From Octopus bimaculoides (taxonomy: Eukaryota), in NCBI RefSeq assembly GCF_001194135.2, contig NC_068997.1:46320520-46384519 (forward strand): 64,000 bases of DNA. Direction: 5' to 3'. The notes below the pieces were generated by a model, which saw nothing but the letters and a program-made list of their open reading frames with translations, did no database searches and was not told where the DNA came from. The first letter of the stretch is position 1; each line of letters begins with the position of its first letter. Shown here piece by piece: positions 31,861 through 44,300 of this stretch. Position numbers and translations under genes: made by a program.

Positions 31861-34800
31861 CTAGAGAAGATAAAAAAGGTAAAAAGAATGATTCTTAGCA
31901 TGAGAAGATGCAAAATTCACAGACAAACTTTATACATATATAATTCTAAGATAACACTGCCACCATCAACATCATTATCACCACTATTACATTCATCATC
32001 ATCATCACCACCACCACCACCATCATCGTCATCATCATCATTGCTTAATGTTAATTTTTTTCATGCTTGCAGAATTTGTTGAGGCAGATTTTTTTTTGGC
32101 CAGATGCACTTCCTGTCGTGAACTCTCATTTGTTTGTCCAAGGAAGGTGATGTTTGACCACAGTAGATGAGAAACAAACAACATCATTTGTGTGAGGGTG
32201 ATGCACATTTGTATTCATAACATGATGACAAGACAAGGGTACACAAAACACACACACACACACTGGTGCCCTTTGTCTTGCAGGTGCTGGCTCCATGTAA
32301 AATACACTTGTGCCAATGCTACAAAAATGCACTGGTGCTAGTGGCATGTAAAAAGCACCCAGCACACTCTGTAATGTAGTTGGTGTTATGAAGGGCATCC
32401 AGCCATAGAAACCAAGCCAAATCAGACAATTGGGGCCTGGTGCAGCTCCTTGGCTGGCCAGCTCCTCTCACATTGTCCAACACATAACAGTATGGATAGC
32501 AGATGTTAAATGATGATGATGATGATGATATATATATATCATCATCATCATCATCATCGTTTAACGTCCACTTTCCATGCTAGCATGGGTTGGACGATTT
32601 GACTGAGGACTGGTGGACCAGGTGGCTACACCAGGCTCCAATCTGATTTGGCAGAGTTTCTACAGCTGGATGCCCTTCCTAACACTAACCACTCCGAGAG
32701 TGTAGTGGGTGCTTTTACGTGTCACCGGCATGATGGCCAGTCAGGCGGTACTGGCAACGGCCACGCTCAAAATGGTGTATTTTACGTGCCACCTGCACAG
32801 GAGCCAGTCCAGCGGCACTGGCAATGATCTCGCTCGAATGTCTTTACACGTGCCACCGGCACAACTGCCAGGAAGGCGACGCTGGGCACAGCAACAACAG
32901 TGTATCACATAAATATAGATGACAAGTTACATCTTTAAGAATGGAATGAGTGCTGACCTTTTAATCGAGAATCATGAGGAGACATTGCAGACAGATCCGA
33001 GATTCTTTCAATGACACAAAATGAAGTGAGCCTGGCCTCAGCATCATGATCCCAGCAGTCTTCAATTGTTTCTTTCAAAGTGTGGATAGCCTGCAAAAAA
33101 AACAACAAAAAAACCCCACTAGATTAGTAAATAATAATAATAACAATAATAAGGATTTCTTTTACTAGTCACAGGAGCATAGATTAGGTGGGGACATCAC
33201 AAGGACTAGCAACAATTTGTGTAGGGATTTACATATGAAATGAGGTGAAAGACATGGAAAAGCCTGTGAAATGTGATAAAAATATACAAAGTATATAAAT
33301 AGGAGAGTATTGTAGTTCGCTTGAAGCATTGTGTATTGTTCGTAAAGAATAAAAAGTTTTGAATGGTACAAAAATGCACTATAATACAAAAAAACGGACT
33401 ATAGACCTGTTGAAATTTAGTTATCCATAGTCTGATGATATTTCGGAATACAATTCCTTCTTCAGATATTCTTAGATGCAGTCGCTTCAATAATCTATTT
33501 TATAGATTCGGCTTCCGAAAAAAGAAAAGCCGTTGGAAAACAGATTATAGCAGCGACTCCATCTCAGAATATCTGAAGAAGGAATTGTATTCCGAAATAT
33601 CATCGGACTATGGATAACTAAATTTACAACAGGTATATAGTCCATTTTTTGTATTATAGTGCATTGTTGTACCATTCAAAAATTTTTATTCTTTACATAG
33701 TATATAAAGTATGTATACATATGAATGATGCAGTCCTCCTAACACAAGAGAAAGTCCAATCAAGGAACCTCACAAACCCAGGATTATCCTGTACCCCAAA
33801 GGCACAAGCTTTTTCCCAACTGTTGCTCTCCAATCTATCGGCATATACTTAGAGTTGGGCCATTTACTCTTACCATTTTTGTCATAGTCACCCATCTTTT
33901 CACAAATTCACTAGGAGGGAGCACTTTCCTCTCCACCGATGATAATAATAATAATAATCTTTTCTTCTATAGGCACAAAGACTGAAATCTAGGAGAGGGA
34001 AATAGTCGATTATATTGATCCCCAGTGTTTTACTGGTACTTAATTTATTGAGCCTGAAAGGATGAAAAACTAAGTTGACCTTGGCAGAATTTGAACTCAG
34101 AACATAAAGACAGACGAAATACTGCTTAGCATTTTGTCCAGCATGCTAACGATTCTGCCAGCTCATTGCCTTAATTAATAATAATGTTTCAGATTTAGAC
34201 ATGAGGACAGCAGTTTTGAGGGAAGGGGGCTAGTTGATACCATTGATCTGATTTGTGTTTTATTTCATCAACCCTGCAGGGATGAAAGGCAAATTTGACC
34301 TTGTGGGGGATCTGAACTCAGAAAGTTATAATTATTTCTGGCAAAGGTACAGGCCAGAAATTTGGGTGAAGAGAAAAAAAAAAACAGTTGATTAAATCAG
34401 CCCCTGTACTTGACTGGTGCTTTATTTCATTGATCCAGGGGGGATGAAAAGCATAGCTGACTGATTTGAACCCAGAATGTAAATCGCTGTAACTTAATAT
34501 TGCTGGATTTTCATTTTTGGGATTGGGTCAGAGTTTGTGTTTAATTGATTATATAATATAGAGTTGCAAAAAGTCATCCCAATATAGGAAACCAGTTGTC
34601 CAAACACACACACACACACATGAGGTAGACAAAGAGAGGAGAAGGAGGAGGAAGAGAATTTAGTATTAGACAAACAATTTGGGTAAATGTTTTGGTGTTA
34701 GGCTAATGGTTGATGATAGAGATAACAGTTGTAGAAATGACACTAACCACGTTTGAGTCTTTCCACATGTCTGGAAGCCATGGGCGTTTCTTGTTTGCTG

Positions 34801-37029
34801 AAACCAAAATCTGCATCTCTTCAAATGACGGATGAATACCTACTTCGGCTTGATAAGGTAGCATATATTCAGGAACTGGAACCCCTGTTATGAAGTACAG
34901 AATATACAGAGTATAACATCCAGCAATAATCACAATGGCTTGGCTATTATTTTAGCCTGCAACATTGCAATTTCTCATTAGTCTCCAATCACATCGCATA
35001 GTCATTAGTATAAAAGTATAAGCTACATAATCATCGTTACATCATAGAACCAAGAACAGATCACTATTACACCACATAGTTATCATTAGAATATTGTCAC
35101 ACAAGGTAACATGGTGGAGGTATGTGGCTTAGTGGTTAGGGTATCGGACTCATGATCATAAGATTGTAGATTCAATGCCTGGACCGCATGATGGGTTGTG
35201 TTCTTGAGCATAACACTTCGTTTCACATTGCCCAGCATTCCTGATATGGACTAGCATCTTGTCCAGTGGCGAATATATACATTACAGAAACCAGGAAACT
35301 AGCTCTACGTATGTGTCAGAAACCAGGAAACTAGCTCTCGTATGTGTCAAAAACTAGGAAACTAGCTCTATGTATGTGTCAGAAACCAGGAAACTAGCTC
35401 TATGTATCTATATGGCTCAGGAGGATCTTTATAACAGGGTGCCATGATCCTCTATAGTCATCAAAAGGTCACTCTTACATGACATGGTCATCAGTAGAGA
35501 GCACTGTCACACTACATAAGTCATCTGCAAAGTTCTGTCATTCTCCAGTCACAGGAATATTTCTTTTGTGCTTCAAGTCCTAAGCACATCTCAATCATAT
35601 AAAGGGTTTTTACAATTCTGTCACATCAGTTACCAGTCGGTTTCCATCATGTCCACAAAGTTACAAATGCATTTCTTTCACCTCTTCCAACTACTTAAAA
35701 TCTTTTGTTACATTTTACAATCAAAAGCCATCGCAACATGTAGGGCAGTACTTCTCAAACTATCTGATATGGAGTACCAGCAGTTTTTTTTTCCCAGTGT
35801 GCCAGGGACCAGTAATGATTCTTAGTAATATTAATATATACTGGAAACAATATATATAATGAATATAATAAAAGTTGACAATTTTTTTTTATCTTATATT
35901 TACTTTGTAAACAAATAGGTGCAGGAGTGGCTGCGTGGTAAGTAGCTTGCTTACGAACCACATGGTTCCGGGTTCAGTCCCACTGCGTGGCACCTTGGGC
36001 AAGTGTCTTCTACTATAGCCTCGGGCCGACCAAAGCCTTGTGAGTGGATTTGGTAGATGGAAACTGAAAGAAGCCCGTCGTATATATGTATATATATATA
36101 TATGTGTGTGTGTGTCTGTGTTTGTCCCCCCACCATCGCTTGACAACCGATGCTGGTGTGTTTACGTCCCCGTAACTTAGCGGTTCGGCAAAAAGAGACC
36201 GATAGAATAAGTACTAGGCTTACAAAGAATATGTCCTGGGGTCGATTTGATTTGACTAAAGGCGGTGCTCCAGTATGGCTGCAGTCAAATGACTGAAACA
36301 AGTAAAAGAGTAAAAGAGTAAATACTACAATATAACAAGCATTTTATAACGTTTCTTTCTTTCCTGGAAACTTGCTGCATACCGGCAGCTGATGGCTCGC
36401 AGACCGGCACCAGTTTGCAGACCACCGCTTTGAGTAGCACTAATGTAGGGGACCGTGTCACATCATCACATAGGCACTACAAGTCTCCTGTCTGATTACA
36501 TAGACATTAAAACATTCCTGTCATATCTTGCAAAACTGTGTCGGTTATTTTGTTTATTTTGTTTGTTATCACCTGTCAATAGAGTCCTGTTGTCACATTA
36601 TATGGATACTAGAGAATTTTTGTCACACTTCCTAATTTGTGACAATCTGTTGTCGTGCTGTGTAGTCAACAATACAAGGACATCAGCAGTCCGACATCAT
36701 TAGCATACTTCTGTCGTATTAGCTACTGTAAGTATTTTGCAACACCAGCTGACACTTGATATGCTCCAATGCCACCAGTATGCACACACCTGCGCGCACC
36801 CCCGCTCCCACATACATACTGCAAGATAGAATAAAAAGTTACCACATACATACATGAACTCAAAAGACTACATACATACAAATACAATAACACACAGTCA
36901 CAGCCACACACATACAAAAAATAACATGTACTCACTCACACATACAAAAAGTAACACAGACAATTAATAAACACACAAGATTACAAACACACACATTCAC
37001 TCACACATAATCCGACAGTGAAGAGATGT

Positions 37030-37077
<48 letters not shown>

Positions 37078-39020
37078 ACAGAGCATCATATACATGCACA
37101 AATAAAACCTGTGCTCTGGTTACCTTGCCAAAGATCAGAACAGCGAGATGCAATTTCCCAGAGAACCAGCCCCAAAGAATAGACGTCTATCTGTTTAAGA
37201 GAAGCCTCGCAGTCACGTAAGTTGACAGCACCGTCCAGCAGCTCAGGGGCCATATAACGTACAGTCCCAACCTGCCAATGAAACAAAACAAATGGATTAG
37301 ATACAATAACGAATGAAAACATTGGGAAAGGAAATTGTGAAGCTGAGTGTTGAAGCAGAATAAACCATATAACAACAACAACCACAACAACAACCACAAC
37401 CACAACATATGTATGTAATATGTCTGACTTTGTGTGATGAAACTGTACAAGAAAAACGACTAACACATATGTACACTGACTCACACATATACATTACACA
37501 CACATACACATGCACCCACATATACACATGCACACATATATACATGCACACACCAACTTGTACACACACACCCACACCCACACCCACACTCACATACTGA
37601 CTCACATATACACACACAAACTCTCACACACAGAGATTCTCACATACTCACACACACATACAAGCCCTGACTCAGGCATACACAAGCATGGCAGTAATTC
37701 AGCAGTACAAGAAAAAAGACTAACACATGTATACACTGACTCACACATATACATTACACACATATACACATGCACACATATATATATATGCACACACCAA
37801 CTTGTACATGCACACACACACACAAACTCACACGCACACATACACTGATTCTCACATACTCACACACACACACTAACTCAGGTATACACAAGCATGGCAG
37901 TAATTCAGTTGTCGGATCTAGAATACTTACATCAGTGAGCGAAGACTGCTCAGCACTCTCAGAATAGCCATTCCGAATCAATTTGGAACCCATGGTTGCC
38001 ATGCAGAATCCCAAGTCTGCCACGACACAACTCAAGTTGGGTCGAATGAGGACATTCCTTGAATTGAAGTCTCGGTGAGCAATGGCAGGTTTCACCTTAT
38101 CTGAAATGTAAACCAGCAATGATTGAGTTGACAATGCTTATCAATGAGATTAGTTAATCAAACTGATTCATTCATCATCATCATCGTCATCATTTAATGT
38201 TCATTTTCCAAGTTGGCATTGGTTGAATGGTGCAACAGGGGCTGGGGGTCAGAGAACTGTGCTATGTTATCACAGCACACATACCACCCGGAATTACACT
38301 TTGATATACCTGACTAGTTTAGGGATCCCCAGCCTTTCTCCTCTTCTCTGTACTCTTTGAGCTGTCAGGTAGTTAGAGGGCAGGGGAAGTTTAGTGTTTT
38401 GCTTATATATAGCCTTTTATTCTTTTACTTGTTTCAGTCATTTGACTGTGGCCATGCTGGAGCACCGCCTTGAGGAGTGTTAGTCGAACAAATCGACCCC
38501 AAGCCTAGTACTTATTCCATCACTCTCTCTTGCTGAACCACTAAGTTACAGGGATGTAAACACACCAACACCAGTTGTCAAGCAGTGATTGTGGTGGGGA
38601 GGGGACAAAAACAGACAGGACACACAGACATATACAGCTCCTCTGACCTCGTATGTGTGTTTCATACTTTTGGAAAGACCCTGAATAAAAGTGCAGAGCA
38701 AAAATATTGCAGGTTGCATTTGCAACTGCACATTCTGTATGCAGCAGAAACACATGTTGATCATTTTAACTAATTATGCTGGATAGTTGACTGTTAAAAT
38801 TAAAAGAAAAATTCGAAGATGTACCAGTCTCCATATTCTTTGTAATTGCTTTGGATTTACACTTCATAATCCAATAAAGTGAACCCGGATATACCCATCA
38901 GAAGAATTACAATGGGATTGCTGATCCTAAGCGATTCTTGATGCGGTTAGCCGGAATCTGGAGTATACTTGAGAACTCTTATGGTACCCACCTGGATAAT
39001 ATATCCCTTTATACTCATCA

Positions 39021-39057
<37 letters not shown>

Positions 39058-40025
39058 CATGTGCCCCCTCTCCTGAACTTGCTGGCCTTGTGCTGAAATT
39101 TGAAAACATATATGGTGATGGTAGTGAACAGGTTTAATTAAAAGTGGGTGGCGATAATTATATAACTACTCTGGGATATTGATGTTGATAATGATGATGA
39201 TGATTTTGACAATGATGAGCATATTTGCTAAGCGAGCAAAAAAAAACACATACACAAATACAATAAACAAAAAACAACAACAACAATACAAGAACAAACT
39301 ACATCAATGACTTGTGTTGCAACAGATTGTGTGCAATTGCATTTCCTGATGCAATAAAGCATACTGTAATGTACATACCTCCCTTGGTGATGTCCAGATG
39401 CAGATGGGCCAAGCCCCGAGTGAGGGAGAGTATGATGCGACACATTTCTGACCAGTCGACAGCGTGCTCCCGTAAGTAATTCATTAGTGTACCATTTGGC
39501 ACGTAAGAAAGCACAATGCAATATTGGTGCAGCCCTTCACTGTTAACCAGCTCATCTGCACCATAGAACTTGAGTAGGTTGTCAAATTCCATGAACGGCA
39601 AAGCATAGATATATTTCTCGTTGTTGTAGAACTGGCGGTGGTTATGGTGGAAAACCTTCACAGCTACAGGCAGACCATTTAGCTTGCCGGACCATACCTC
39701 TCCGTATTTTCCCTTTGCGATCACGTCCAGCATCTTCACATTACTAATGTCGATGCCAGGTGGTGCACTTGGTGCCTCTTCCATGATTTCTGGCAGTGGA
39801 TGCTGCCGTTTCCGGTAGACACAGTATATGCAGAAGCTGAGGATAAATATAAAGCTGCCGGCCCCGAACAAGCATATTATAATGATGAGGATGGTGTTTT
39901 CACTGAACTTGTCTATGTCAGGAGGAACTGTAGAGTAAAGAAGAGAGAGAGACATAATTAAGTTGCAGGGAGATAAGTAAACCACACACAGCAAAAGATC
40001 TTGCTGTGTGTGTGCTTGTATAGTT

Positions 40026-40063
<38 letters not shown>

Positions 40064-40384
40064 ATATATATATATATGTAGGTATACACACATACATTTA
40101 TCTAGGTATATATATATATATATAACATATGGTATAATTATAAACACGGCAAATTTTAGCCATTTCTCCGTAGACTGAGAAAATGATGAACAACCTTAAT
40201 TGATTTTTGACCCTTATTGGGTTCTCATCAGAGGCTTCTACATCATTCTGACAGTCTCCAGAGAAACAAGCACCCAAACTGTTTCTATACTCAACAAATG
40301 CAGAAGTTATTCTATGAAGGAATCCTTAATTTGCATACTGGAAGTGTTTAACACTTTATAAATCCCATACACTCATATATAGGT

Positions 40385-40419
<35 letters not shown>

Positions 40420-41141
40420 CATACACACACACTACCACATCCATCATAACCACCTGACTAAATCCCCTCTCCCTTACCAATCACACCACCCACCACTCCG
40501 TAGTCCCAACTGATACACAGCTACAAGTGCCACAATCATCCATTCCATCACCAGTCACACTAGCACCCNNNNNNNNNNNNNNNNNNNNNNNNNNNNNNNN
40601 NNNNNNNNNNNNNNNNNNNNNNNNNNNNNNNNNNNCCCACAGACCTGCATCCAACCTGAAACATAATCGCCATCACAACCACACAGCGGGTGGGGGTCGG
40701 GGGTGGGTGGACCTATGACCAACCCCAGACACACAACGCCCCATTCTCACCCCTACCTCCACCACCACCAATCATCTATCTCTCCGCTCAAGGATCTCCC
40801 AGCCACTCTGCTCTCATTGCCAATCAGTACTTACCTGTATTTGGTGAAAGGGGAGGAATGCTTATAGATTTGTTTTCGTGTGTGAAATTGGCATTGCACC
40901 TATAACCGGAGCAACAGCAGTACATGGGAGTGTCATTCCTTTTGTCAACATTGGCATGGTTTAAGTGAGCGACACATTCATCTTTGCACTTCTCAGATTC
41001 AGTGTAACTCCAACAATCTGAAAAAAAGAGAGAAAGAATCAAACTGTAAATATAACTATTACACTGCATTATATATATATAAATATCTATCTGTCTCTCT
41101 CTCTCTCTATATATATATGTATATACATATATACACACACA

Positions 41142-41180
<39 letters not shown>

Positions 41181-41305
41181 TTTCCAACCACTTGAACATA
41201 CAGATGTAAAGATCATCTGATTCTTCAACTTGGAAGATTTAGCCTCCAACCAGGCCTTTCATGACATCTTGAAAGCCAGGAACTTTTCAGAATCTCTTGT
41301 GTGTG

Positions 41306-41344
<39 letters not shown>

Positions 41345-44300
41345 GCATGCATGCATGCATGCATACATACATACATACATACAGTTTCCATCTACCAAAT
41401 CCACCCATAAGGCTTTGTTTGGCCTGAGGGTATAACAGAAGACATTTGCCCAAGATGCCATGCAGGGGGACTGAACCTGGAACCATTTTGTAGGGAAGCA
41501 AGCTTCTTACCATGCCTATTTTATACTTGATTTTAAGTGTAAAAGCTGGGGTGTAATTTATACAGGGGGCTAAGCTAAAACTATGAAAGGAAAAAAAGAA
41601 AATTTGTATCAAGATTTACCACTAAATTAGGGGTGTGTCTTATACATAAGTGAATGTGGTAATTCAATTTCCATAACCAAGCTCCCACATTGAACATGTA
41701 GCTGTGTTACATCAGGTTGAACCGCAAGACAACAAATATGTGAAATGTGCAACACAACAACGTCAACGTTATAACTATCACACTACCAACAAACACACCA
41801 CACCATCATCAATCAACATTGCACTAGCCACTGTATTGAATCAACTGAACTACCAAAGGTGCCTCTGCATGGTCGTTTGACCTGCTTGAACAGGGGTTTT
41901 CAAACTGTGGTCTGCAAGGACAAGACAGGGGGTCCGTGGACAGCAAATACATTTTATGGGCAATTTGATTTTATATATGTTTTTTAATCGAAATCTTTTA
42001 ATTGACAATAAACCTATTTGTTAAATACTGTTAAATAAATAAATGTAAAAAATATATGTTATTTTAAGCAAATATTTATGTATAAATTTCATAAGCGTTT
42101 ATAAGGAGGTCCCAAAGGTAAAGCCTGAAATATAAAGGGGTCCGCAAGTCAAAAAGTTTGAAAACCCCTGTGCTAGAAATAACAGCCAAATCTCCAATAG
42201 TACACTTTACTGTCTCTGCGGTTGTGTAATCAGCTTTTGATCATATGCATGCTTGATCAGACTTGGGATTATGCAACAGACAGAACAGAGCTTTTGGGTT
42301 ATAACAACATCAATAGCCGACGACACCACCACCCCTGTCACTGCCGCTGCCGCCACCGGAGTCAATGAGGAAAGCTCTATGTTGGTTGCCTGACCCATTA
42401 AAAATAGAAGCCAATTCTCTTTCAAATCGCATCTTATGGTCTAAATAAAAGACATTAGCTGTTAATTTTAGATGCACTGTTTGTGCACCTTCTCCAATAA
42501 AGAAACAAAAACATGATGACAGAGATGGGATGGTCACAGGTGGAATGCGTTGTCATCAAAAGTGCGCATGATTAAAGTGACCCAGGGTAAGCAATGACAA
42601 CCTTAACAGTAAGGATGAGAGAGACTTCTATGTGGCTGCTCGAGTTGCTAGAAATAGCAGCCAAATCTACACAAACCACACTACTGTTTTTTAAAAAAAA
42701 ATGGGGGAAGAGCATAATGAAGTAGTTTAGAGGGATTACACAAAAAGATGAGATTATCTTCAATGGAAAGCCTCTGATCATAGGATGGAGGTGTGTGTTG
42801 GGGGGGGGCGACCTGGGGATCAACAACAAAACAGCTGCAGTAACTACTACCAAATCAACAGCAGAAGGTCAGTGCCATAGCAAGTTTGCAACACATGCAA
42901 GCCATTGTATACAATGTTCTTATCTCAGACGACCAGGCGCCAGCAAGGGGCAGCACCAGTGACTAGAATCACAGTGGAGATGATGTGGGTGATGGTGATG
43001 GTGCTGATGATAGGAAGGGGTGGTGGTGAAAGTAGTAATGGTGGTGGTAGTTATAAGTAAAGAAGAGAAGAAGATGGTGGAGATGATGATAGAATTAAGA
43101 GTGGAGGGTGGGGGGAAGCTAGAAGGGTGGGTGGGTGGAGAGAGCAGGGTGAGTGTCTGCTGTTTGGAGAGAGGGAGAGAGAGAGAGAGAGAAAGAGAGA
43201 CTGTGGCGGTGGTGGTGGTGAGGATGATCTAGAGATGGTGAGAGTGGAGGAGGAGGAAAGGCTTAGTGGGGTGGTGGATAGATTATATAGAGACGGCAAT
43301 GGTAATGGTAGAATGCAGGGAGGGATATGATGGTGGTTGTGGCGTTAGGAAGAGGAGGAGGAAGAAGGGCAATAATAGTGGTGGTAGTGGTGGTGGTACA
43401 AGGAAGAGGCAGTCCTTAGTAGAGATGGTGGTTGTGGTGCAAGTGGGAGGAAGGCTGACTGAGGTGGTGTGAGATGGCAGCAATGGTTGAATATGTAACA
43501 CAGAAAAGATGGTGGGGACGAGGAGGAGGAGGACTGATCTGTGCGGCAGCTAATAGTCTAACCGTGGCAACAATGATATAATTTTTAGTAGTGGCGGCTG
43601 CAGACATATGGCGGTGGTGATANNNNNNNNNNGGGGGGGGGGGGTAGACGTCAGCAATGTTGTTGTTGTTGTTGTTGTTGTGGTGGTGGTGCTGGTGGCA
43701 GCAGTGGAGGAATTGGTGGCGGATTATTTTTGTTAGAGAAAAAAAGAAAAGGAAAAGTGGTTAGACACGGAGAAAGTAAACAAACAGCGAAAGATCTGAT
43801 GGAAGATCGAGGCGCAGCAGTTAATGTAGCTTAATGTAGCAGGAGTTAATATAGCTGAATGTAGAGTCGTGGCTGATGACAGTGCCATCTGACTGGCACC
43901 AGTGCCGGTGGCACATAATAGACACGATTCGACTATGACCGATGCCAGTGCTGCCTGACTGGCACCTGTGCCGGTGGCACATAAAAAAGCACCTACTACA
44001 CTCTCAGAGTGGTTGGCTGGCGTTAGGAAGGGCGTCCAACTGTAGAAACCTTGCCAAATCAGATTGGAGCCTAGTGTAGCCTCCTGGCCTGCAAGTTCTC
44101 AGTCAAACTGTCCAACCCATGCCAATATGGAAAATGGATGTTAAACGACAACAATGCTGATGATGATGATTTGAAATCTGAAATCGAAATTGAACCGGAT
44201 CCGACGACTGGCACCCATGCCAACCTCTCCTTCATTGGACACTAAACTCTGCTTGCGAAGACCTGTTGGGGCAAGTTAAATTGAAATCGTAATTGAACCA

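Noticed and set aside
40824-40834. In-frame stop just after the ectodomain exon donor (soluble decoy receptor idea)
   Set aside because: An expected by-product of gtaagt..tga; no evidence of intronic polyadenylation
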